From the IMG/VR virus record IMGVR_UViG_3300017721_001026, positions 64,001 to 128,000 of that record: a stretch of DNA of 64,000 nt; one strand, written 5' to 3'. The notes under the pieces were generated by a model. The model was given only the letters and a program-made list of their open reading frames with translations. It did not search any database and was not told the DNA's origin. The position numbers and the translations under genes are program-made. Origin of the DNA: a virus. Its lineage: Duplodnaviria; Caudoviricetes. Of the stretch, positions 1-8,283 are shown one piece after another. How positions within the stretch are numbered: the first letter of the stretch is position 1; each line of letters starts with the position of its first letter.

Positions 1-48
1 TTACGGGTGTGGAGAGACACGCGCGGGGTCATAAAAAAACTCCACGTC

Positions 49-216
49 TTATGACGCAGAGTCCTCAACACGTTGTACGATTTCTAATTGATCTAAGTCA
101 ATATCATTCTGTTCTTCGTATCGTTCTATTGCCAACTCATGAAGAATATCTGCTGCTTCCTCATGAGTGACATTAGAATACATCTTATTACCTTGATAAA
201 AGATGTCAATATTCAT
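49..216 (-). CDS. small hypothetical protein (55 aa, MNIDIFYQGNK...)
   Basis: Hand-translated ORF below the track cutoff; the ATG lies immediately after the TGA of 218..991. Confidence 0.7.
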   Translation of the reverse strand: MNIDIFYQGNKMYSNVTHEEAADILHELAIERYEEQNDIDLDQLEIVQRVEDSAS

Positions 217-217
217 A

Positions 218-991
218 TCAGATTACCCGTGTCTTCTCATGCCCAACACGAATGCGTGGGTCACACCAGATATCGTATCCTGCTTCCTTGGCATCCAAAC
301 AGAAGGAGACATCCTCACCACACATGTCTTGTACTGCACCAGACTCAAAGACTTGCATCTTAGGAGCAAACCAGGGATACTCAAGATTCTCGAAGACACC
401 GTGCTTGATCAGTACCCATCCGAAACCTGTGTAGTCTACTGTGAATGGCTTCTTACGGTTTGGTAGTGTCTCAATGGTTTCGTGGTTCATGACTCCACCA
501 TTGGAACGGAAGTCATCCTCTTCAAGCCAGTGGGCAACAGAAGAAGTTTTTCCATCTTCTGTGAGATACCAACCAGCAACTACTTCCTTCTCTGTACCAT
601 CAGCAGCAAGAGCACTATCACAGAGTTGCCAGAACTTATCAGTGTTGAATACAATATCACTATCAATCCAGAGTTGATAATCATACTCTAGTTTGCCGTC
701 CCAGGGTTTCTGAGAGGGACCTCGGAGTACATTTGCACCAAGTACTTTACAACGTGCAAAGTTAACCATGGAAGAGTAATCCTGACTGATCTGGATACTC
801 ATGCCGTTCTGTACTAGATCGAAGCACAGTTGTACAAAGTTCTTGAGAAACGTAAATGAGCAACCACGTCCAGGTAAACAGAAGACAATCTTCTTACCCT
901 TCATCCTTTCTTTGATTGCATCGATGTCAAACTCAGCAGTTGCACTCTTTTTCTTTGGTGCATTTGCCTTAACAGTAAATCCTTTTGCCAT
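218..991 (-). CDS. GT-A fold glycosyltransferase-like protein
   Basis: WIDSDIVF (DxD), TGFGWVLIK, GEDVSFC and VGHEK motifs typical of GT2-like enzymes. Confidence 0.7.
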   Translation of the reverse strand: MAKGFTVKANAPKKKSATAEFDIDAIKERMKGKKIVFCLPGRGCSFTFLKNFVQLCFDLVQNGMSIQISQDYSSMVNFARCKVLGANVLRGPSQKPWDGKLEYDYQLWIDSDIVFNTDKFWQLCDSALAADGTEKEVVAGWYLTEDGKTSSVAHWLEEDDFRSNGGVMNHETIETLPNRKKPFTVDYTGFGWVLIKHGVFENLEYPWFAPKMQVFESGAVQDMCGEDVSFCLDAKEAGYDIWCDPRIRVGHEKTRVI

Positions 992-1039
992 AGTTTTAGT
1001 TAACCTTCAGATCAATTCTATCAGTTTATGTGTTGTTTG

Positions 1040-1231
1040 TCAATAAGATGCTTCAAGCATTTGTTGACGATTAAGTGTCACGACCTCGTATGATAAGTCG
1101 TCCTCTGTATAGTTAGTCTCTAAAAGACCAACCATAGCATTTACAGTATTCCATGTAGTCTTAAATTCTTCTTCCTTAATATTTGGGAAAAGACATTTAT
1201 GCCCTGCGTAGATATGATATAGTTTTTCCAT
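1040..1231 (-). CDS. hypothetical protein
   Basis: 63-aa ORF with ATG start, co-oriented with neighbours. Confidence 0.7.
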   Translation of the reverse strand: MEKLYHIYAGHKCLFPNIKEEEFKTTWNTVNAMVGLLETNYTEDDLSYEVVTLNRQQMLEASY

Positions 1232-1430
1232 ATAGGACCAATTTTTCCTGTGAAATTTTTTTGACGGATTCTAAAACCCATCGACGAATTATATATGCGA
1301 CCTTACAGGGACGGTTTATACCCTCGGAATTTTTTTTTCTAATCGTTATATCGAACTCTCATTGTCACCTCTGTAGGTTAGGGTCTCTATGCTTTTTTAT
1401 ATACAACCCCCATAATAACAACAACTGCTG

Positions 1431-1459
1431 TTGACGAACGAATAAGACTGTGCTATACT
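1431..1459 (+). promoter_or_regulatory. sigma70-type promoter, antisense to the early genes
   Basis: TTGACG-17 nt-TATACT with an extended -10 TG. Confidence 0.6.
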
Positions 1460-1461
1460 TA

Positions 1462-1485
1462 GGAAGGCAGAATGAACTGCCCTCC
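1462..1485 (-). terminator. 9-bp hairpin at the 3' end of the early transcript
   Basis: Minus strand GGAGGGCAG-TTCATT-CTGCCTTCC; no U-tract, so function is uncertain. Confidence 0.35.
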
Positions 1486-1511
1486 GTGTTACTTAGTGTA
1501 AGTCTTAAGTA

Positions 1512-1604
1512 TCAATACAGTGCTTCAATTGCCTCAAGAATAAGAAGAATATCATTACCATTCTGTGCGGTTTCGAGTGCAGAGAAGAGATCAGACTTAG
1601 ACAT
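1512..1604 (-). CDS. 30-aa peptide MSKSDLFSALETAQNGNDILLILEAIEALY
   Basis: Hand-translated ATG..TGA ORF with a G-poor leader like neighbouring early genes. Confidence 0.55.
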   Translation of the reverse strand: MSKSDLFSALETAQNGNDILLILEAIEALY

Positions 1605-1667
1605 GAAAAGTGTTAGATAAGGTGTTCGATTGGTGGGTTTAAAGTCATCACCAGGACTGTTGTAATC

Positions 1668-2015
1668 TTATGCGAAGATGTAACCGTTAGAGAAATCATC
1701 GACGTTGTAGACTTTGCTCTGTCCTGCCATTCCTACAAACTTTCTTACAAACCACTTATAATTCTTCTGGAATACACCCTCACCAGCAATGCAGAAGGCA
1801 TCACATAAGGCATTGAGTCTGCTCTTAGTTGTAACAGTCTGCCAACCACCGTCGAAGATAGTCATCGAATCATCGTTGATCTCTGCAATCTTGTTACCGT
1901 GAAGACGTACAACAGAGACACCAGATTCTGCGTCAAAATGTACCGAAGTGTTCGCAGACTGCCAATCTTTGTTGTTCTGAACTGCTTCGATCATTTGGGT
2001 TTCGATCTTACGCAT
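1668..2015 (-). CDS. early hypothetical protein (MRKIETQ..., GWQTVTTKSRLNAL)
   Basis: Start moved to the ATG after the AAAGGA RBS and the promoter cassette. Confidence 0.8.
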   Translation of the reverse strand: MRKIETQMIEAVQNNKDWQSANTSVHFDAESGVSVVRLHGNKIAEINDDSMTIFDGGWQTVTTKSRLNALCDAFCIAGEGVFQKNYKWFVRKFVGMAGQSKVYNVDDFSNGYIFA

Positions 2016-2028
2016 GAGAGGTGCTGTT

Positions 2029-2099
2029 CCTTTGACTCTCTTATAATACACGGAAACGACCCCCACACAACCGACCATGTGACACTTCGGCAACTGGTT
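2029..2099 (-). promoter_or_regulatory. early promoter cassette (palindrome + extended -10 + RBS leader)
   Basis: AACCAGTT-GCCG-AAGTGTCAC ... TGTATTAT ... AGAGTCAAAGGA. Confidence 0.75.
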
Positions 2100-2124
2100 T
2101 ATTTGTTTATACTTTCCTCACAGA

Positions 2125-2292
2125 TTACCAAAGTGAATCATACTTATTGGAGAGGTCCTCAATATAACTTTCTACCTTCTCTCCTCCCTGCAATTCAAAT
2201 AACTTTTCCCAGTCAATCTGATGAGGATTAAAGTCATCCATTGCTTCAATCTCAAGAGTGATGCGATACTTTGTCTTCTGTGCGAAAGGCAT
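2125..2292 (-). CDS. small hypothetical protein (55 aa, MPFAQKTKYRITLEIEAMDDFNPHQIDWEKLF...)
   Basis: Hand-translated ORF directly downstream of a consensus promoter. Confidence 0.75.
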   Translation of the reverse strand: MPFAQKTKYRITLEIEAMDDFNPHQIDWEKLFELQGGEKVESYIEDLSNKYDSLW

Positions 2293-2320
2293 TGTTCTTC
2301 GTTGAATTGAGGACTCTGTT

Positions 2321-2349
2321 ATTATAGTTCATCCTGAGTATAATGTCAA
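2321..2349 (-). promoter_or_regulatory. consensus sigma70 promoter
   Basis: TTGACA-17 nt-TATAAT. Confidence 0.8.
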
Positions 2350-2421
2350 GAATGTTATAATCAGATTTCAGAATGTTAAAGAGTATTTATATCAGGGTTT
2401 TCATATTTTTTTATCTGGGTG

Positions 2422-2450
2422 TTGACATTTTCTGCAAATCCTGATAGACT
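2422..2450 (+). promoter_or_regulatory. sigma70-type promoter facing a non-coding AT-rich region
   Basis: TTGACA-17 nt-TAGACT with an extended -10 TG. Confidence 0.6.
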
Positions 2451-2497
2451 GCAAGTTAAGATGACTATAAGATCAGGTATTTAATAGGGTATAAAGT

Positions 2498-2613
2498 GAC
2501 TCCACAGATACTCCCTAGACCCCATAAAGTACCTCCATAGAGTATTCCACAGGTTTTTCCACAGATTGTTAATAAACACTCATATACATTTAAAATAACA
2601 TTTATAATTGAAT
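2498..2613. other. candidate replication origin (DnaA-box-like 9-mers plus AT-rich tract)
   Basis: GACTCCACA at 2498, TATTCCACA at 2543 and TTTTCCACA at 2555, followed by an AT-rich run. Confidence 0.35.
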
Positions 2614-2802
2614 TTAATCAAATAATGGTACAATTTCAGTGTTTTTACACCCTAATTCCTTTACATGACGTTCCCAGAGCATAGCATCTCTTATATCAAA
2701 GAATGTTGCTTCTTGCTTACTCCAATACCCTGACTTCTTCTCTCTCTTGTATACTACACTGAAACGATTCATTCCTTTCATAATGTCGAATAACTCCTGC
2801 AA
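2614..2802 (-). CDS. hypothetical protein
   Basis: ORF track; probable start at MKGMNRF or MNRF. Confidence 0.6.
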   Translation of the reverse strand: MQELFDIMKGMNRFSVVYKREKKSGYWSKQEATFFDIRDAMLWERHVKELGCKNTEIVPLFD

Positions 2803-2938
2803 TAATAAAGCAATTGGTAATCAGATAAGAGACAAAGATGATTGTTCTAAGTAATGCGATATAGTTATCATATTCATTTGTTTTATCATCACTGAAACTC
2901 CCTAATGTATATTTCCATATCCTCCAAAGTCTTACCAT
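2717..2938 (-). CDS. small membrane protein
   Basis: One hydrophobic helix (IALLRTIIFVSYLITNCFIIAGVIRH). Confidence 0.6.
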   Translation of the reverse strand: MVRLWRIWKYTLGSFSDDKTNEYDNYIALLRTIIFVSYLITNCFIIAGVIRHYERNESFQCSIQEREEVRVLE

Positions 2939-3161
2939 ACTTATTCTTCCTTGTATGAACGTATTCTAGATCTTTCCAATAAGGTTGATGACATAATAAC
3001 AATGTATGAATATACTTATGCTTCTCATTCTTCGTATACTCACAATTAGGTTTTGGTTTAATACCTAGTTCAATTGTAATGTATAAATCATCGACAAAAT
3101 ATACCCAACCACTGAACTCTTTCCATCTTACATAATCATCAATTTGTGGTGAGTATGTCAT
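2889..3161 (-). CDS. hypothetical protein
   Basis: ATGA overlap with the upstream ORF. Confidence 0.7.
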   Translation of the reverse strand: MTYSPQIDDYVRWKEFSGWVYFVDDLYITIELGIKPKPNCEYTKNEKHKYIHTLLLCHQPYWKDLEYVHTRKNKYGKTLEDMEIYIREFQ

Positions 3162-3490
3162 GCGGAATAGAGCAATTGTTCAAGTGGATTAAGATTAAGT
3201 TGCATCGATGTATAAGGACTAGTATGATCAACTAGAACCTCTTTACCTATCTTATTTGAGTTGATGGGGGCATGGTAAGTGTTCTTAATGCCTCTCTTCT
3301 TTGTTGATTTTGTTTTGACAAATCCCCAGATGGTGCGAACAAGTTTATCATCATCACGAAAAAGATACCGACGATGATGTAATAACCAAATCGAAAGAGT
3401 GCTAGCATTGTGTTGTTCAACAAAGTAAGAATAACCGTCTGGTGGTGAATGAGGAAAGTCAGATGGGAGTTCTAAGGTCATCAAAGTCAC
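3158..3490 (-). CDS. hypothetical protein (DFPHSPPDGYSY...)
   Basis: ORF track; tightly packed operon. Confidence 0.7.
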   Translation of the reverse strand: MTLMTLELPSDFPHSPPDGYSYFVEQHNASTLSIWLLHHRRYLFRDDDKLVRTIWGFVKTKSTKKRGIKNTYHAPINSNKIGKEVLVDHTSPYTSMQLNLNPLEQLLYSA

Positions 3491-3686
3491 TGTCAGTTGG
3501 TGATAAATTACCGATCATAAAATCATGAATTTCACTTGTCTTCTCATATTGATCAAGTGCATCATCTTTTAAGATCTTTGATTCTGCTAATAACATTTCA
3601 AAGATTTGTACTGGTTCGATCTTATGATCTAAACAATCTTTGAACCAATGTCTAACTTGAATACGAAGTGATTCGTTTGGTGTCAT
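3459..3686 (-). CDS. hypothetical protein
   Basis: TAATG coupling with the upstream ORF. Confidence 0.65.
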   Translation of the reverse strand: MTPNESLRIQVRHWFKDCLDHKIEPVQIFEMLLAESKILKDDALDQYEKTSEIHDFMIGNLSPTDSDFDDLRTPI

Positions 3687-3808
3687 TACAGAAACTCCAT
3701 GATATAATACTCACAAGTACACTCTAATCGTTCTGCTTCTTGTTCAGCATACTCAATCAACTTCTCAAGTTCAATAACTTCGAGTTCATACAACTTTTCA
3801 GTCTTCAT
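3686..3808 (-). CDS. small hypothetical protein (40 aa, ...CEYYIMEFL)
   Basis: Hand-translated; translationally coupled on both sides. Confidence 0.65.
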   Translation of the reverse strand: MKTEKLYELEVIELEKLIEYAEQEAERLECTCEYYIMEFL

Positions 3809-3945
3809 AGTACAGCAGTGACGGAAATTACAGTGGCATTGGGATTACGTGCAAGAGCAACTTGTCTTGCTTCTGAATAGTTACGGGCAATGACTTCTTC
3901 TTTGAATACACTACCCGCAACATATAATTTAACCTCGCACCTCAT
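3805..3945 (-). CDS. small hypothetical protein (46 aa, MRCEVKLYVAGSVFKEEV...ARNPNA)
   Basis: Hand-translated; ATGA coupling; resembles a common cyanophage small protein (from memory). Confidence 0.7.
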   Translation of the reverse strand: MRCEVKLYVAGSVFKEEVIARNYSEARQVALARNPNATVISVTAVL

Positions 3946-4061
3946 AATTTGATAGCAATTTGTTAAACAGTGCAGGTGTTCTCACAGAGAATTGATCCTC
4001 ACAATCTTTTTGCTCTTCAATTGTCATTAACTGAAGTGCAGTCATCAAAACATTTAACTCA

Positions 4062-4250
4062 TCAGATGTGAGTTTGACTTTTGTGAATGAAACGGTCGAA
4101 CTTTTCAATTTGATAACCCTCTTTGAGTGCTTGGTTGATGATACTCGAATACGAATGTGATGTCAAGGGAATATATCTGTGAATCAGATAATCCTCACAA
4201 TCTTCTGAAAGTGCTTCTAATTCATGCTCATTAAGTGCGTCAAGATCCAT
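4062..4250 (-). CDS. hypothetical protein
   Basis: ORF track. Confidence 0.6.
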   Translation of the reverse strand: MDLDALNEHELEALSEDCEDYLIHRYIPLTSHSYSSIINQALKEGYQIEKFDRFIHKSQTHI

Positions 4251-4288
4251 GTAACAATGTTTTGATGTTCACACTAATTATAAAACTT

Positions 4289-4438
4289 TTAGTAATCATA
4301 ATCAGCAGACAAGTATTCATTCATGTTAAACTCTTTCTCATCTGCAATTTCTGGAATGTCATAGATTTCAGCAGGAAGATCCATGATTTCACGAATCTTT
4401 GCATCTGTATCAATTGCAAATGGATCAGTGTAATTCAT
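4289..4438 (-). CDS. small acidic protein (49 aa)
   Basis: Hand-translated MNYTDPFAIDTDAKIREIMDLP... Confidence 0.6.
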   Translation of the reverse strand: MNYTDPFAIDTDAKIREIMDLPAEIYDIPEIADEKEFNMNEYLSADYDY

Positions 4439-4492
4439 TGAGTAAAAAAAAGATTCAGGATGATTGGATATGTTTTGCTGTTGTAGTTTACA

Positions 4493-4645
4493 TCATCCTC
4501 CAAACATATCATCAAATAATTGTTGTCCAGAACGTTCATTTTTTTCTGCTTTCTTTGCATATTGCTTCATACGTTCGAGTGCTTCTTCACGTGAGATTGA
4601 CTCGGGAAAGTAATAGTGACGACCTGCTGGATTAGTGTAAAGCAT
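4493..4645 (-). CDS. small hypothetical protein (50 aa)
   Basis: Hand-translated MLYTNPAGRHYYFPESISREEAL... Confidence 0.6.
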   Translation of the reverse strand: MLYTNPAGRHYYFPESISREEALERMKQYAKKAEKNERSGQQLFDDMFGG

Positions 4646-4686
4646 TGGTTTGCGAATAGAAAGGTTTGAAAGTTGTTGCTTAATGT

Positions 4687-4893
4687 TCAGTTTGATGCTG
4701 CCTCCATGTATACATCATAAAATAAATCGAATGCAGGACCATCACCCGCAAAAGAGTTAATCTCTGCCTGATCACATACCCAATCGAATGCCATATCAAG
4801 GTCAGCACCTGTTTCAATCACAAAGGATTGTAAACCACGGATTGCATCAACGAATTTGGAGTTGTTGAGAAGCATTGGATTCGTTCTGTTCAT
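4687..4893 (-). CDS. early hypothetical protein
   Basis: First ORF of a promoter cassette. Confidence 0.7.
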   Translation of the reverse strand: MNRTNPMLLNNSKFVDAIRGLQSFVIETGADLDMAFDWVCDQAEINSFAGDGPAFDLFYDVYMEAASN

Positions 4894-4957
4894 GCTGTTA
4901 GTATGGCAGATTTTGAGGGCAATTGCAAGGCAGAATGGACACCTTGCTCACTGGCAC
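4894..4957 (-). promoter_or_regulatory. early promoter cassette
   Basis: GTGCCAGTG-AGCA-AGGTGTCCA, then TTGCAA-17-CATACT. Confidence 0.75.
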
Positions 4958-4959
4958 AA

Positions 4960-5154
4960 TCAATAATGATACTTACTCCCTGCATAGTTAAAGTCATCCA
5001 TTGGGTCAGATGGGTTCTCTAATGAATAATTAACAGCATTGTCCCAATCACCACGAGCAATGTCATTTAAGACATTAAGAATATCTACCTGTGTTTCTGT
5101 ATGCTCATCCAGAATCTGAATGTATGCATTGAATGTTTCTTGTGTGACTGTCAT
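4960..5154 (-). CDS. hypothetical protein
   Basis: ORF track; AC-rich leader. Confidence 0.65.
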   Translation of the reverse strand: MTVTQETFNAYIQILDEHTETQVDILNVLNDIARGDWDNAVNYSLENPSDPMDDFNYAGSKYHY

Positions 5155-5197
5155 TTTGTGTGAATTAGTGAGTGAATGAGTAAGTGTTACTTAGTGA

Positions 5198-5485
5198 TCA
5201 GAGTTCTGCCATCATTTCATTCATTTCATCAAAGTTGATTGCAGGGTCATTCCATGCAACACCGTCACCAGTTTTCTGGAGAAACTTACCAATTGTGCCA
5301 TCCATCATGCAACGGACAAACTTATCATAAGGTGTCTCATTTGCATCGCAAAATGTTACACATGCCTTTGCAGTATTGTAGAGAAACTCTTCATTACCGA
5401 TCCAAAGTGATGCGTTCCAGGTCTCATAGTTTGCCCAACCGTTGTAAGTTTCGTTTGCGGTCATGGTGGTTTCCTTGATTTCCAT
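5198..5485 (-). CDS. early hypothetical protein (YNGWANYETWNASLW)
   Basis: First ORF of a cassette; alternative start at 5464 after AAGGA. Confidence 0.75.
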   Translation of the reverse strand: MEIKETTMTANETYNGWANYETWNASLWIGNEEFLYNTAKACVTFCDANETPYDKFVRCMMDGTIGKFLQKTGDGVAWNDPAINFDEMNEMMAEL

Positions 5486-5550
5486 ACTGTTAGTATGGCA
5501 GGTTTTGAGGCATTTGGCAACCGATAGTGGACAGTTTGACCAACTGGCAC
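5486..5550 (-). promoter_or_regulatory. early promoter cassette
   Basis: GTGCCAGTT-GGTCA-AACTGTCCAC, then TTGCCA-17-CATACT. Confidence 0.8.
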
Positions 5551-5552
5551 AG

Positions 5553-5753
5553 TCATCCGTGATTTTCCATAAAATCCTTTAGTGTGTAACCTTCTCCAGT
5601 TGATGTTTCTTCTATCAATTCATCCAATGAATAACATTCTAATTTCAAACGATACTCTTCGGGAGTATCATCATCAGGATCAGGATCGTCATGGCAAAGA
5701 TAGTCCCATTCATGAACAAGTGCATCGATGAGTTGTTCTTTAGTGTAAGTCAT
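5553..5753 (-). CDS. hypothetical acidic protein
   Basis: ATGA coupling. Confidence 0.7.
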   Translation of the reverse strand: MTYTKEQLIDALVHEWDYLCHDDPDPDDDTPEEYRLKLECYSLDELIEETSTGEGYTLKDFMENHG

Positions 5754-6019
5754 AGTTTACCACCAACAACGGCAGATCCTACAACTCTAGTGTATAGATG
5801 TAGTGTGCCTTCTTGTTCACACTTAAGATGCCATCTTGTCATAATAGTGACACCATCTTTTGTGGCACCAGTAAGCATAGCACGACCCTGTTTTGTCATT
5901 GTTGAATACAAACCATAACGAGTTTTCCAGACATAGAATACATCATCAACTAATTCTGCATCATCAGGAATACCCATCTCTCGCAGGTTTGCTGTCTCTA
6001 ACATTTCTTCGTGTGTCAT
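5750..6019 (-). CDS. hypothetical protein
   Basis: ATGA coupling. Confidence 0.7.
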   Translation of the reverse strand: MTHEEMLETANLREMGIPDDAELVDDVFYVWKTRYGLYSTMTKQGRAMLTGATKDGVTIMTRWHLKCEQEGTLHLYTRVVGSAVVGGKL

Positions 6020-6303
6020 TTTGTCTCCATTAATTCTTGTTGTGATAACATATATTGCTCTTCTGTTGCTTCTTCTACTGCATCTTGAATTGTCTGATAG
6101 ATGTAATCACAATCACCAACTTGATAGAAAATATTTTCAGCAAGTTTAGAATTGTTCGTTGCAACATATTCTTGCTCACCACCATTATCAGTCAGATAAC
6201 AATCCTCAGCAGTGTAAATCCATGCGGCACAGTATGCATCTTCTCCCTGCCTTTCAATCATTCGTGATACTCGGTCTTGAAGTTGCTTGAGTGTGTAGTT
6301 CAT
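6016..6303 (-). CDS. hypothetical protein
   Basis: ORF track; AC-rich leader. Confidence 0.7.
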   Translation of the reverse strand: MNYTLKQLQDRVSRMIERQGEDAYCAAWIYTAEDCYLTDNGGEQEYVATNNSKLAENIFYQVGDCDYIYQTIQDAVEEATEEQYMLSQQELMETK

Positions 6304-6341
6304 GATTTGAATGATTTAGATGAGTGAGTGTTAGTTAGGAG

Positions 6342-6509
6342 TTAGAATACGTTGGTCCATGAATAATGCTTTGCAGAACTAATCCTGCCATCTTTGAGTA
6401 ATCCATCACAGACACGACAGAATACTTCAAACTTTTCCAATCGTGTCATGTTAGCATCAATTTTCATTGAAGTTTCACCGACGACTTTGAGAACTTGACC
6501 TTTGAGCAT
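6342..6509 (-). CDS. small hypothetical protein (55 aa, ...FCRVCDGLLKDGRIS...)
   Basis: Hand-translated ORF filling a gap. Confidence 0.65.
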   Translation of the reverse strand: MLKGQVLKVVGETSMKIDANMTRLEKFEVFCRVCDGLLKDGRISSAKHYSWTNVF

Positions 6510-6513
6510 GATG

Positions 6514-6741
6514 TTAGTTATTTGTGTTAGTTAATTTAAATTCTTGAGGTACAAATAAGACATCATTTTCACTACCTTCAATCCACTCCCACCATTCTTC
6601 TAACAATGGTTCAGTTCTTTCTTCATTATAGAATTCTCCAACTTTATCTTCTTCCATAATTGTATCAATTCTTTCTTTAGTAATCATTAGCAATTCATTC
6701 ATTTGTGAAGAAAGAGATTTATTTAATTCCATTGATGTCAA
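6514..6741 (-). CDS. hypothetical protein
   Basis: ORF track. Confidence 0.6.
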   Translation of the reverse strand: MTSMELNKSLSSQMNELLMITKERIDTIMEEDKVGEFYNEERTEPLLEEWWEWIEGSENDVLFVPQEFKLTNTNN

Positions 6742-6914
6742 ATAGCATAGGTTTGATTGATTGCATCAGTCTTAAACTTTCTGCATAGTTTAAACAGCAG
6801 TTTTAAATCATCTGCAATCACATAACGGAACGAAGATGATTCAATGATAAACTTATCATCCTCCAACCATACTTGTGGGAGTTGTTTTTTGTAGATTGGG
6901 AAGTCAGTTGGCAT
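6738..6914 (-). CDS. small hypothetical protein (58 aa, MPTDFPIYKKQLP...)
   Basis: Hand-translated ORF filling a gap. Confidence 0.6.
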   Translation of the reverse strand: MPTDFPIYKKQLPQVWLEDDKFIIESSSFRYVIADDLKLLFKLCRKFKTDAINQTYAI

Positions 6915-6969
6915 GATGAAAAGATTTAGTAAAGAATGTGAAGCGATTAGTGTGAGTTAATCGCTTCAA

Positions 6970-7224
6970 TCACCAACGAGTTTGAATCAGTGCAGAGTTG
7001 AAAAGTTGTGGTTCTGTGTGAAGATCAGTCACTTCATAGTTGTAACCATAAACACGATTGTCAACCTCTTTTTCAAACATACACTTATTGATATAAGACT
7101 TAGATTGCATGTCATTAGCAAACGTAACTGTCTTATACATTAAACGCTCACTGATACTTCCATCAGCATATTTGACGGGATAGAAATCAACAACCATGTT
7201 ACCGTGCTGTGCTGTGAGTTGCAT
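6970..7224 (-). CDS. early hypothetical protein
   Basis: First ORF of a cassette, with AAAGGA RBS. Confidence 0.75.
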   Translation of the reverse strand: MQLTAQHGNMVVDFYPVKYADGSISERLMYKTVTFANDMQSKSYINKCMFEKEVDNRVYGYNYEVTDLHTEPQLFNSALIQTRW

Positions 7225-7234
7225 GAGGTTTGTT

Positions 7235-7305
7235 CCTTTGACTCTTTAATAATACATGATTTTGGTGCCCTGTGTTGGTTTTGTGGACACCTTACCGACT
7301 GGCAC
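7235..7305 (-). promoter_or_regulatory. early promoter cassette
   Basis: GTGCCAGTC-GGTA-AGGTGTCCAC ... TGTATTATTAAAGAGTCAAAGGA. Confidence 0.75.
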
Positions 7306-7951
7306 ACCCAACTAAGTAACCCATTGCAAAACAATCTAGACTCTTTTGTGCCATATATGCCTTACGTTTTAGGCAACTAATTGCAAGTTTTTCCTGATCA
7401 TCTTTGCGTTTCTGCTTACACTCTTCATCAATAACATTTTGAATTTCATCAATGATATTCTGAAACTTTTCTTTTTCAGTACCATTAACCAGAGTTTGTG
7501 CTTTCTTCAGTTTAATCTGAATGATCTTGCGGTTTGCATAATCATCATCCAAACCACTGTTAATCTCAAACTTAGCACAATCTACAGCACTCAACAACTC
7601 ACTGATGGAGAGTTTTGTCGTCTCTACTTGATCATAACAGACTTCAATCTTGTTGAAATAGTTGATCATCTCGGGGAGAACTTTCTCCTCAAAATAATCA
7701 TTACTGAACTCAAACCACTCTCCACTAGTCTGGAACTCTTTGTAGAGTTTGTGAAAATAACCCTCATGCATATAAGCATCTTTTCCTGCCTCAAATGTGC
7801 GGATCAGATGAACTGGAAGAGGGTTGCCAGTTTGAATATCTTTGATTCTCCTTTTAGGATTGTCACTGACACCAATTTTGATGTTTACCTTATCATAAAT
7901 GCCTCGGATTTCGGCAAACATGACATAAACGTGGAGAGTAGTGGTTTTCAT
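7292..7951 (-). CDS. T5orf172/MUG113-type GIY-YIG domain protein
   Basis: VYVM..KIGVSDNPKRRIKDIQTGNP..E..FH..GEWF. Confidence 0.75.
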   Translation of the reverse strand: MKTTTLHVYVMFAEIRGIYDKVNIKIGVSDNPKRRIKDIQTGNPLPVHLIRTFEAGKDAYMHEGYFHKLYKEFQTSGEWFEFSNDYFEEKVLPEMINYFNKIEVCYDQVETTKLSISELLSAVDCAKFEINSGLDDDYANRKIIQIKLKKAQTLVNGTEKEKFQNIIDEIQNVIDEECKQKRKDDQEKLAISCLKRKAYMAQKSLDCFAMGYLVGCASR

Positions 7952-8283
7952 CAGTTAGCAGCAGTGAATTGGTTGAAGAGAATAGATTCTAAAGAATATG
8001 CTTCATTTTCTCTCTCTTCATCATCAAATTGTCCATTTTCGTTTTGAACAACGTGAACCAATTCATGCATCAATGTGGTGATATAATCCTTTTCATTCAG
8101 ATCATTGTGAATCTGAACAAATTGCTCATCACCATTAACCTCAGTGAATCCAAAGGCATTATCATCACTTAGGTCAGTGTGATAAACCTCAACGTCACTG
8201 TCAATCTCATATTTGGTTGTAAAGAATTCAAACACACTTTGAGTGAGGTGAGTGTGTTGAGACTTGCCAGAGGTGAATAACAT
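7951..8283 (-). CDS. small HExxH zinc metallopeptidase-like protein
   Basis: TLMHELVHVVQ...ENEAY; start moved to the coupled ATG at 8283. Confidence 0.65.
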   Translation of the reverse strand: MLFTSGKSQHTHLTQSVFEFFTTKYEIDSDVEVYHTDLSDDNAFGFTEVNGDEQFVQIHNDLNEKDYITTLMHELVHVVQNENGQFDDEERENEAYSLESILFNQFTAAN

